From positions 75,392,001 through 75,456,000 of the forward strand of contig OZ024740.1 in NCBI GenBank assembly GCA_964016885.1: a DNA stretch of 64,000 bases, in the 5' to 3' direction. Of the stretch, positions 1 through 11,055 are shown piece after piece. The translations under genes and the position numbers were made by a program. The notes beneath the pieces were generated by a model. That model did not search any database and was not told the origin of the DNA. It saw only the letters and a program-made list of their open reading frames with translations. Positions within the stretch are counted from its first letter, which is position 1. Each line of letters starts with the position of its first letter. This DNA comes from Eledone cirrhosa (taxonomy: Eukaryota).

Positions 1-29
1 GTGGCAGAGTCGAGGAATGTCACATACAT

Positions 30-165
30 CTATCTCAGTATTTAACTGGTACTATACGTTATCGCCCCAGGAAGGATGAAAGACAGATTTAAATTCAAAA
101 CGTAAGGAGCAATAATTAAATGCTACAAAGGATTTTGCCCGACGCCCTAACGGTTCTTCCAATCC
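30..165 (-). mobile_element. tRNA-derived SINE (family 1), decayed
   Basis: Reverse complement resembles the better copies at 23091-23280 and 47112-47300 (CTTTCATCCTT...GATAA...GTACCAGT core). Confidence 0.6.
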
Positions 166-305
166 CTTATTAAAGTAGAGATATTGACGTGTAGATGACG
201 ATATTTGGGCTACATGATTCGGTCGTAGTCTGTAATAAACATGTAAGTGCACAACAACAAAATTACATGCACAAAAGTCCACATACACAAACACATATAT
301 ACGGA

Positions 306-316
306 CACACACACAC

Positions 317-410
<94 letters not shown>
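306..410. repeat. (CA)n microsatellite
   Basis: Directly visible; explains the VC/HT ORFs. Confidence 0.98.
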
Positions 411-415
<5 letters not shown>

Positions 416-1039
416 TGCGTGTACACATACTCTCTCATACGCACACGCACACATTAGATTACAATAATGCAACGGATTTTTCATAAGAAGGTTTAAATCT
501 ATAAAAAAAAACGTATTGTATTACAATCACTTATAACAGAGATATCCTACGTAAAATATTAATACATCGTGTAATAAAATAGACAACCAAGATACCAGAA
601 AAACTGGAAGACCTAAACCTACTTGGCTGAGAACAATGTGTGACAATATGTCAGTCTGACTTTGGAGCTTCCTGATAGTAGAGTTGTGGAAGCGATATAT
701 GGCTTGACTTCAGTATTTTAAACCTGGTGGATCCTATCCTTCTCCTGGTCGAACCACAGCCGATTTCCTCCAAACCGACGGAAAGAATATGAGATAGATA
801 GATAGATAGAGAGAGAGGGGGGGGGGATACAAAGTGAGAGAGAGAAACATACAAAGATAGATAGAGAGAGAAAGAAAGAGAGAGGAGGGATCATCTCCAG
901 TATTGGACTGGTATTGCATTTATTGACCCCCGAAAGGATGCAAATCAAATTTAATCTGAATGGGATATGACTTTGACAGTTCGGTGCCTTAAGAAGCTAA
1001 TAAGTTACATCATATCTCACAGTCTCTGAGGGTTGACAC

Positions 1040-1250
1040 AATTGCCTGAGCCTTGAATACGTATTTAACTTGAAGTATTTAATTACGTTTTACATTCTGT
1101 GTTCAAATCTAGGTGAGATTAATTTTGCATTCATTCTTCCAGAGTTAAGTACTGAAACCGATAAATATTCTTACAATTGCATCTAAGTTGTGAATGGAAT
1201 TATATTAAATAAATCTGTAGTATCGTTAGTCCTACACCTAATTGCTTAGT
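1040..1250 (+). mobile_element. SINE family 1 variant; related copy at about 2470-2630
   Basis: B-box-like GTTCAAATCT; both copies share a 3' segment (TAAGTACTG...GTGAATGGAAT...TTAGTC.TACACCTA). Confidence 0.6.
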
Positions 1251-1476
1251 GCTGTTCTACATTTAAAATTACTTTCTCTCCTGTAAATGTTTATACGCAT
1301 GTCTTATTCAAACGTATTCAAATACGGAATTTACTTCTGTTTCTCTAAAGTGAAGGGATTAATCTAGTTGTTAAAGTATTGAACAAGCGATTAGAAGGTC
1401 GTATGTTAGATTCCGGTGCCAGCCATATAGCACGTTGTATCGTTGAACAAGGCACGTTAATTGCCGTTGCTTCAAT

Positions 1477-2135
1477 TCTTCTTCTTCTTCTTCTTCTTCT
1501 TCTTCTTCTTCTTCTTCTTCTTCTTCTTCTTCTTCTTCTTCTTCTTCTTCTTCTTCTTTACCCACTTATTCCTGAGAGAGTCGTGCGGGCAGAGTCCTCA
1601 AACACTCCTTCCAGCGGGTCGTGTCAGAAGCAACCGTCTCCAACTGATCCGGCTAGATCCCCAAGCGAGACGAGCCGAGCTCATGTATGTTATCCATCCA
1701 TCTTGCTCGGTGTCTACCCTTAGATCTCTTGCCGATTGGTTTTGCCCGTAAAATCTATCCAGCGATTCTTTCTTGAGACATTCAAACCATACGCCCATAG
1801 TATCGGAGTTGTGATATCTCAATTCGGAGAAGTAGCGGCTCCACTTGGAGTGATTCTCTGATCTCCGAGCTACGCATTCTATCGAGTAACCTTACTCCAA
1901 AGACCCTTCGGGGGAATCCCATTTCAGCCGCTTGTATTCACGATCGTATTTTTTCGGTCATTACCCAAGATTCAAGATTCTCCACTCAAGATTCTCTACC
2001 TGCTTCAGTGGAACTCCATTCACAGGTAGAATGCACTGCGCAGTCTCCCATCAAAGCTATCAAGTGTAAATCGGAGATCACATTCTGTTGAGTTAAGTAA
2101 CACCATCTCGTCAAGCCGACCTGAAACAAATCAGT
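1477..2135 (-). mobile_element. RTE-clade LINE 3' fragment with (GAA)n tail
   Basis: Minus-strand translation IQAAEMGFPRRVFGVRLLDRMRSSEIRESLQVEPLLLRIEISQLRYYG...KRSKGRHRARWMD with stops; the (CTT)n at 1477-1557 is the tail; second copy at 31560-32090. Confidence 0.85.
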
Positions 2136-2241
2136 ACCAGCGGCGTTAAATGCTGGTTGATAAACCTAGACTTTACTTTAACTCTCTAAAGTACGAACTT
2201 TACTGTAGTCTTACTATAGATAACCATATGGGAAAAAAATT

Positions 2242-2441
2242 NNNNNNNNNNNNNNNNNNNNNNNNNNNNNNNNNNNNNNNNNNNNNNNNNNNNNNNNNNN
2301 NNNNNNNNNNNNNNNNNNNNNNNNNNNNNNNNNNNNNNNNNNNNNNNNNNNNNNNNNNNNNNNNNNNNNNNNNNNNNNNNNNNNNNNNNNNNNNNNNNNN
2401 NNNNNNNNNNNNNNNNNNNNNNNNNNNNNNNNNNNNNNNNN
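2242..2441. other. assembly gap (200 N)
   Basis: Run of N. Confidence 1.
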
Positions 2442-2757
2442 ATGTAGACATACATTTGTATGTTGTGCCTAGGCAAGATTAACTTTGCCTTCACTTTTGC
2501 AGAGTTGATAAAAGGAAGTACCTGTTAAGTACTGGAAACGACTAATATTCCTATAATTGCGTCCTAGATGTGAATGGAATAATATCAAAAGACACCTATA
2601 GTATTGTTAGTCTTACACCTATTTGCCATCTCCTCCTCCCCACTCCTTTCTTCTCTTTCTCTGCCCTAAAGAAATGTGTACATACATCGAACTTTAAAAA
2701 GGTTATCTGATATTCCTGATGATTTCAAACGAATGAAACAGTTCTGGTCTTGTAAAA

Positions 2758-2852
<95 letters not shown>

Positions 2853-2953
2853 GGAGAGAGAGATAGAGAGAGAGACAGACAAATACAGATATATCCATCT
2901 GTATATAGAGAGAGAGAGAGAGAGTGAGATGAATAGATAGATGTTTACGCACT

Positions 2954-3010
<57 letters not shown>

Positions 3011-3209
3011 TTAATACATTAACAGAGAAAGCTTTAAGCTATACTCTGACTGGCTTCCATCTCACTCAACAAACATTAGGATATATCTTAGTATAATCCC
3101 AATTTTACGTTTGGGGTGCTAACTATACGTATTTTGCGGAAAGCCAGTTGTATTATTTTATATGAGACATAATTAAAATATATTTATATATATATATATA
3201 TATATATAT

Positions 3210-3755
3210 GTAGGAGGTGAGTTTTATTGTAGTACAATAAAGCAATGCAGATATCGGATAAGAAGCACTCTACAGTTTGTAGGACTGGAGTATACATAAT
3301 ATAAGATCAAAAGATGGTTAAAGGAGTTCCATGTATTTTATTATGCGCATTTCAAAAACAAACATCATCATGCAATAATATTTGTGTTTTCATCAGATAA
3401 AACAGGAGAACATGATATGAAGGCTAAAAAACACTTGTGGATAGTGCAGTTTTAAATCAACATATGAAAAGTGGTTTTAGATTGATGTGTGATATTGGGA
3501 AAAATATTTTATTTAGAGAGGGGGGGGGTGGAAAGGATGAAAAAGGGGAGGAGATGAGAGGGAGAGATGGGTGATAGAGAGAAAGAGATAATTTTTATAA
3601 CTGAGAGAAAATATATTGTTTTACATAGAGAGGTTGAAAACCGTTGGAAGATAATGTATAAATTAAAAGAATTTGAAAATTAACGAAGGGAAAGATATGT
3701 ACGAGGAAAAAATATTTTATTTAGGGAGGGGGTGGAAAGGATGAAAAAAGGGGGG
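3210..3755 (-). mobile_element. PLE pLTR/3'UTR, inverted relative to the adjacent RT fragment
   Basis: Starts at (TA)n; contains an HHR and ACTC/GAGT hairpin; purine-rich UTR with an internal ~50-bp duplication (3498-3548, 3705-3755). Confidence 0.75.
3335..3403 (-). ncRNA. minimal type I hammerhead ribozyme
   Basis: Minus strand: TTTTAT-CTGATGA-stem II (AAACACAAAT...ATGTTTGTTTTT)-GAAA-TGCGCA (palindromic stem III)-TA-ATAAAA. Confidence 0.85.
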
Positions 3756-3756
3756 T

Positions 3757-4890
3757 TGTTAGTAAAGCCATCTTGGATAGAATTATCCCACAGGTTAGTT
3801 CTAATTGCTCTTCTTTGAACCTAAATTTATGGTTTGGTACTTCTGAAGTGATTGGCTGGTTCAACAAATTGGATAATAAAAACAAACTAAAATTTATTCA
3901 ATTTGATATTGCCAGCTACTATTCCTCCATTTCGCCTTCACTTCTCAATAATGCTCTATCTTTCGCACTTAAATATTCTGACATCACCACAGATGAACTT
4001 CACATCATCCTCACCGCACGTAAAACCATCCTAGAGTTCAACAACGAATATTGGACCAGAGCCGATACCTCTAACAACTTCGACATCACAATGGAAGCAT
4101 CCGATTCATCCCAATTGACTGATTTAATTGGTATCTTTATTTTGAACTCTTTGAGTCGGAAAATTCCTCAACTTCGCGGTGGAATTTATCGTGACGATGG
4201 ACTCTTTACTATCTTAAATTGCAATATAGTTAACCTTAATATTATTAAGACAATATACGTAATCTCTTTAACCAACATAACCTAAAAATTGAATTTGATA
4301 ATAGTATCAAACTAGCTAATTTCTTGGATGTATCTCTTAATCTTGACACTGGCCTATATTACCCTTACCATAAAAACAATGAGAACCTAAATTATGTTAA
4401 CTTTAAATCTAACCATCCTACCAATATCAAGAATGCTATAGTTAGTAATATTGGAAAAAGAATATCTAACATATCTTCTAATAAAAACATATTTGATGCT
4501 AACGCCAATTACTATAATAACGCACTTTCTAAAGCCGGCTATCCAGATAAAATCAAATATAGTAATGAAACAAATTCTAGAAAAACTTACAGTAGAATAA
4601 TTAATCATGATCATTCCAATAATTTTAATAAAAGACCTAGATACAAAAGCATAATCTGGTATAATGCTCCTTTCTCCATCTCTATTAATAACAATATTCC
4701 TAAATTATTTTTTAGTGCCTTAAATAAATGCTTCCCTCCCTCACATATCTATAGTAAAATATTTAACAAACACACCATCAAATTTTCTTATTCTACATCC
4801 TCCAATATTTCCAACATCATCTCTAAACACAACAATAAAATACTAAATACTAAATCTCTTCCTTCCAACATTGAATTTCATAATAACAGT
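3757..4890 (+). pseudogene. PLE reverse transcriptase fragment (Naiad-like), frameshifted and truncated at both ends
   Basis: FIQFDIASYYSSI, FDITMEASDSSQ, GIYRDDGL, FLDVSLNL, YVNFKSNHP, IIWYNAPFS; homologous to ORFs at 52536 and 58029; frameshift near 4240. Confidence 0.92.
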
Positions 4891-4892
4891 AA

Positions 4893-5105
4893 TATTTTGC
4901 TTTCAATCATCAGAATGAAAAAAATCCTGGTGTATTTAAAGGTCCATATTTTTTTCATTCTGATGATTGAAAGCAAAATTTGTTTGCTTTCAAGAAACCA
5001 CTGGTAAATGAAATAATTACCTTATGTTGTTTATTACATAACTATTAAGTTCTGTAACCTACATAGAGCACTCTTTTTTCCTGGACCTTTCCGGCGGAAT
5101 TCATT
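4893..5105 (+). mobile_element. PLE pLTR family A mini fold-back with tail
   Basis: 4893-4925 is a partial inverted copy of 4950-4985; similar to 55660-55830 and 63400-63502. Confidence 0.8.
4953..5013 (+). ncRNA. type I hammerhead ribozyme (family A)
   Basis: TTTCATT-CTGATGA-TTGAAAGCAAA...TTTGCTTTCAA-GAAA-CCACTGG-TA-AATGAAA; all three stems pair; GUA triplet. Confidence 0.9.
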
Positions 5106-5134
5106 TATATATATATATACTATATATATATTTA

Positions 5135-5168
<34 letters not shown>

Positions 5169-5182
5169 TACATATATATATT

Positions 5183-5732
5183 TAAGAGTTAAACAAGGTT
5201 CAATGAATACATCAAAGAATGAGTTTTACAATAGATTGGAAGCACTCAACAGTAATAGGTTTTCCAGAGTTATTAATATTAATTCAAAATATTAACAAAA
5301 TAGATATTCTTGTGATCAACTATATTTTATTATACATATTTCAGAGGTACTGAGTTAAGTTCAACAGTACGTCCTCATCAGATAAAATAAAATGATACAT
5401 GACATACCCTGACATAGTAGATGGTTAAGATTCAATCAAGGTAGTGATTAACTTATGACAAAACTCAATATGTATACCCTAATATTGAGAACATGAGATA
5501 ACATAATACAAACAATATACTCAATATTAGGGTATAAATATTGAGTTTTGTTATAAGTTAATCACTACCTTGATTGAATCTTAACCATCTACTATGTCAG
5601 GGTATGTCATGTATCATTTTATTTTATCTGATGAGGACGTACTGTTGAACTTAACTCATACCTCTTAAATATGTATAATAATATATAATTGATCACAAGA
5701 ATATCTATTTTGTTAATATTTTGAATTAATAT
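5183..5732. mobile_element. asymmetric fold-back PLE-derived element in (TA)n
   Basis: Arms 5276-5489 and 5520-5732 are near-perfect inverted repeats with a ~30-bp spacer; tail 5183-5275 only on the left. Confidence 0.9.
5325..5388 (-). ncRNA. type I hammerhead ribozyme; mirror copy at about 5620-5682 (+) has GAAA>TAAA
   Basis: ATTTTAT-CTGATGA-GGACGTACTG...CAGTACCTCT-GAAA-TATGTA-TA-ATAAAAT. Confidence 0.85.
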
Positions 5733-5906
5733 ATATATATATATTTATTAAAATAACAGATTAAAGTTTAAGCAAAGAATAGCTGCTTTCACCCTTAACG
5801 GGATCTTCTGCAACTAACAAAGTCAATCTGTGAACGCAGAAGGGAATATTTCAAAAAACGTTGCAACCGGAGGAAGACAGGAAGACGATACTTTGGTTTG
5901 TGGAAA

Positions 5907-6130
5907 CGTTCCCTGGCAAAGAACGGGAAAAAACGAATATAAAAGGTCATTATTTGGAGCGGTGAAAAACAATTACACGCAAAGACAAAACCACGTTTAT
6001 GGTATAAAATAAGTCGTAGGCGTTCTCTGGCAATGAACGGAAAAAACGAAGATAATACGTCATATGTGGATCGTGGAGAACAATTGCACGCAAAGACAAA
6101 ACCACGTAAATGGTATAACTGAAGTCGTAG
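5907..6130. repeat. diverged ~114-bp tandem duplication
   Basis: CGTTC.CTGGCAA.GAACGG...CACGCAAAGACAAAACCACGT...AAGTCGTAG occurs twice. Confidence 0.85.
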
Positions 6131-6940
6131 ACTAAAATTCTAACTAGGAAACCGAATGATTCTCAGCTTCAGAGTTAAGAATAAAGTAAATAAAATACAG
6201 AGGTAATTGAAATTAAATAAATACATACACGCATCCATATACGTACATACACAAGTATACGCGAAAACACTCGCCATAGGTATACAAATACACGCACATA
6301 TAAATGTGTGTGTGTGTGTGCGTGTATACAAATAATTAAATAAACGTATATAAATAAATAAATACGTATATAACAAGCGCACACACATACCTACATGTAA
6401 ATACACATATGTTCGGAGACGTACATCAACCAAAACACGAAGTACACATATACACACACCCTACATACGTACGAACCCGCATACTCACACAGACACAAAA
6501 CCCACGTATACACATAACCAAAAGCATATGTACCAGGATATATAAAATATACGCCATAACATATACAATCAAATATACGTACGAGAAAGTATACGTACCT
6601 TCACAAAACATACAGGTAATATATACTTACCTATGCAAATAAGTAATGATATAAACATAACATATACTTAGCTACCACATCAAGACGTAAAATATCCGCG
6701 TATAGATCGTACTATCCGTTAGGGTATAATATGGGGCTGTAATAGAGGAAAGTTTTGTGTAATTTATGTTTACAAGCCGAAATTGCCTCAGATTTTTTTG
6801 TTTAAGATATGGTCTTTGGCATAGAGTATTTCCAGGGTCTCAGCGGCGCAGAGGTCACATGGTCTTTTATTTCCGTTATACGATATATATTTATCCTTAT
6901 CGAGCCCTCTTTGGATTTTAGTCTTCAAATTTATTATTAT

Positions 6941-7026
<86 letters not shown>

Positions 7027-7029
7027 GTA

Positions 7030-7708
7030 AAAGGTAAACAAAAATAACAACACAATCGGTACAGTATATGGAAGGGATATATTAGGTTAACGCTTGATAT
7101 AGCAGGAAGAGGGGCTTAACGTTTCGGACGCTAGTCCTTCACCAGAAGAAAGAATGAGAAATAAGATAGATTGAGGACACGGGCAGGATGGAATTGGAAA
7201 AAATGTCTTTAGATAAAAATAACAGGTCCATTCATGTTGACATCTCTTGCAAAACTGTTGGTGCTGGCGTTTTGTGTATGATTTGTATTTTAGAAAAGTG
7301 GATGATGGCAGGCGTCTACCTGAAATGGAAAAAAAAAACGTTTTGTAAAAAGAGCTATACTTATGCACGTGCGCAAGCATGTGTTTATGTGTGTGTGTGT
7401 GTTATTATACGTCCGTACGAAGCTAAAAAGAAAGGTGTGTGTAAATGTGAGTAAAAGAGTGTGTGTGCATGTAAGTACGAGTATAGCTCTTTTTACAAAA
7501 CGTTTTATTTTTCCATTTCAAGTAAACGCGCTCCATCATCCACTTTTCTAAAAAAATAAATCATACACAAAACGCCAGCACCAACAGTTTTGCAAGAAAT
7601 GTCAACATGAATGGACCTGTTATTTTTATCTAAAGACATTTTTTCCAATTCCAACCCGCTCGTCCCCTCAATCTATTTTATTTCTCATTCTTTCTAGCGT
7701 CCGAATCG
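7030..7708. mobile_element. asymmetric fold-back PLE-derived element with a decayed HHR (7115-7150, minus)
   Basis: Arms about 7121-7362 and 7478-7708 are inverted; minus strand CTGGTGA-A-GGAC-TAGC-GTCC-GAAAC-GTTA. Confidence 0.8.
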
Positions 7709-7741
7709 CTGCTTTCACCCTTAACAGGATCTTATATATAC

Positions 7742-7933
7742 ATATAACGAAGGAATTGTGGTAAGGAACCAAGTGGACCATAACGCACCAAAGTACTCGA
7801 TACTATGCGTAGTAGAGTGGGTAATAGGAAAAGAGTCAGGACCCCGACGGCTGAGCTCCGGCTGTTTCGACAGCTAGTTCAGAACTAACTGTCGAAACGG
7901 CCGGAGCTCAGCCGTTGGTGTCCTGACTCTTTT

Positions 7934-7937
<4 letters not shown>
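7742..7937 (-). mobile_element. ~200-bp hairpin-plus-tail mini-element (family M), copy 1
   Basis: Hairpin 7825-7937; tail homologous to copies at 39171 and 50312; flanked by TA. Confidence 0.88.
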
Positions 7938-7982
<45 letters not shown>

Positions 7983-7984
7983 CT

Positions 7985-8450
7985 ATGACCATCATTTACC
8001 TTAACTTCAGTAAACCGATTAATATCAATGCTATCCTCGGACTCGAGCAAATGCAATTCATAAACTTACATCTAACCCCACTCACTAGACATATGCCGCC
8101 CAAAATATATAAAGTAAAAATCAATCACGTCTTTCAAAACCATACTCCGATTATCTCAGTAAACAACAACCAGTCTGCACGAATTACTGGTATGGAGGCT
8201 TCGGACGTCATCAGTCTGCATCCTCGTTTTAAGTAGTTTATTTTACTCTACAGCGATGTCATCCCCAATTACATAATTGGCAATGCACCTACACATGTTT
8301 AACTACCCTTATAACCACCAGAAGTAATCTCCGACCTCTACCCACAACGAACCTGGCATAACATCGATACGCACCGAAATAAACGTCAAGCTCCACAAAC
8401 AAAATCCGAATCGACTAAACACAAACCCTGCAATTGCACACTAACCTAAT
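7985..8450 (+). pseudogene. possible highly decayed LINE (CR1/L2-like) RT remnant
   Basis: IIYLNFSKP resembles IYLDFSKAFD and YKVKIN resembles the QxVxIN motif; weak. Confidence 0.3.
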
Positions 8451-9194
8451 CAAAAGACATCTTCGCTTAACGAAACGATAAACCCGAACAAATGAATGCA
8501 GTGAAGTTAAGGCCTCAGCAAAAAAATAATTAATTATAACCAAATAGAGACTTACACTAAACAATATAAAGCAACACACGACTCCGAAGCTCTATAGAAA
8601 AAGCTCATTTGTAAACTATATGTGTGTGTGTGTACGTTTAAAAGCATTCTTTTACTCTTGTTTGTGACATCCGAGTGTGATCATGCTGGATCAATGTCTT
8701 CAAGTGCTTAGTCGATCATGTCGACCAGTATTTGTCGAACCGCTAAGTTACGAGATATAAACACAAACACGGACGCGGCCAGGCACATACTTCCCTCTCA
8801 CACACCTACATATCTGATGACTTCATCTCAGTATTATTATTATTATTATTATTGGTCTAAGCGGACGTATTTCGCTCGCTCACAGTAAGTCGCTTTATTT
8901 GCCTGTTAAAATTATTTGTTGTTAAATATTTCTTGTTGTGTAAGGGATATAAGCCCTTAGACTTTGCCCCGTGAAGGGGAAAGTATAATATTTGGGCCTT
9001 TTGGACCAAATATTTGAACTTTTTTTTACATGTTAAAAAATTTACGAAGAAAAAAAAACATAGCTGAGCCACGCCCCCAGCGATATGTCGGCTGCCGTGC
9101 GACAACGACGTAGAAGTTGAGAGGAGCGCTACAGCGAAATTAACACACATTGATAACACAAACACCACCACAAAGAAGGTAAACAAAGGCACCA

Positions 9195-11024
9195 ATGATA
9201 CAAATAGGAACACTAATTTTGAAAGAAATGACAATAACAGCGACAACGAAAATACAGATAGCAAAAAAAAAAAATAACAAATACAACAACAATATCAACA
9301 CCACTAACATGAAAACAAATAGCGACAACACCAACAGCAACAATACCAACTGCACCGAGAACAACGATGGCAACAAAGACAACAATGATAACAGCGACAG
9401 TGCTAACAACAACACCAATAAGAACAACGACAACAAAACCCCCAACGAAAACAAGAAGAACACTTTCGCTGCGGCGGCAGCAAAAAAGAGGACCTCTCAA
9501 ATAAAGATGAAAAGTTGGCCCAGGCATGGAAGCTCATCAAGCAAGAGCAAACTTGGGCCAACTTAACTGTCCCGGTAGAAGCTATTGAGGCAGTGGAGCG
9601 CAAGACGGTGCATTATAGATGCATCTCAGCACAAACCAAAAGGGCAGCTTTAATCCCACAAGAAGATGTCGAAGTCGCGCTGAGGTGCATCAGAGAAGAC
9701 ACCCAGTACATAGAGAGGGGCAGACAGTACGGTACCATTTCGGTGTTGTTCAAGTCAGAAGCCCTCGCTATGAAACACGCTATGACTCCTTGCAAAACCA
9801 GCAAGGTCATAATGTACCCCTCCCACATGGGAAAAAGTACGGCCCGTCTCCGCATTCCCAGAATCCCACCAGGACTTGACATGTGGTGGCTTCTGGGATG
9901 TGTGATTGTGGAGGGGACGGATACAGTCAGTCCCTATAGAAGTGACCAGAACGGCCAGAGAGGACTGGTCCGGGGTTGACCTGGAGATCCTTCTCCAGAT
10001 CAGGCCCGAGAATGTGAAGACAATCCCGGACCACATCCGCCTTCAGAATGGGACGGTCATTCATATTATGACCGAAGGCAAAAGGCCGCAGTGTTTTGTT
10101 TGTGGGGAAAAAACCCATTTGCGAGCCTTCTGCCCTCAACTGCTGAAAGAGGCAAGGGGTCGAAAGGCTCCACTGCTGCCGACGCCGGGGCGAGGACCAC
10201 AACCAACACCAGCACCGGCAAAACCATCAACAACAACACCAATAGAAAGACCACCACCAACATTGACCACCCAGGGGGGGAACGAGGAAAGCTGTCAAAT
10301 TCCCCCTCCCCCCCCCAAAATACACACACCAATAAAACCATAAACATACATACAGACACACTTATAGACACAGACCCCTCATCTACCAGTAGTGAAAATG
10401 AGGGAAATCCCAAATCCCCCAAAATACAAAAAAGGAAACACAAAAAGGAAAAAAAACTCAACAAAGCACAAAAGCAACCACAATAAAAAACGCAGACACC
10501 ACCCACGCAAACATCTCTCCAATAACACCAACATCAACACCACATCACTATCACCAGAATCCCCCAAACGCAAACAACCGAAACAGACGCAAGAACAAAT
10601 ATACACACAAACATCTGAAACCACAGACACCGCACTCACAACAAACACAGACACAACCGAAACACCACCAAAACCATCACCACCACAGACACGCAAACAA
10701 ATAAAATCACACCAACAAAACATACAAAACTTCGTTCTCGTCAGGAGAGCCAACGAGGAACTGATGGCCCTCGTAGCACGAAGTGAAAATATACAAAAAG
10801 AGGGGGAAATTTTTAAATCGAGCACATTTCGCGTGCAGGAAGATTTGGTTCTGGTGTGAATGTCGCTCGACATATTCAAAGAAATACGAGACAGCTTTCC
10901 TCGGGACGTGGGAACCCCGAACGTAAAACCCACTTCAAAACTTTTAAAGGGATTGCCAAAAGAAACCCCACTAACTATGGAGGTCGAACAACCCGACCTT
11001 CACAAGAGCCCGGAAGGTAAGTAA
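9195..11024 (+). pseudogene. Tx1-like ORF1 (gag-like), frameshifted
   Basis: Fragments 9195-9566, 9515-9979, 9906-10343 and 10392-11024; TFAAAA motif; zinc knuckle CFVCGEKTHLRAFC (CX2CX4HX4C). Confidence 0.85.
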
Positions 11025-11055
11025 ACCTTCCTCTCTCTCTGTTTAACCTGCCAAC

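Noticed and set aside
7742-7937. Classical DNA-transposon MITE
   Set aside because: Inverted repeats are not terminal on both sides, and the tail shares the hairpin seen in PLE ends; not fully excluded.
8815-8830. Isolated CTGATGA (also near 8210, 26488, 32857 and 56545)
   Set aside because: No matching stem II, GAAA and stem I arrangement.
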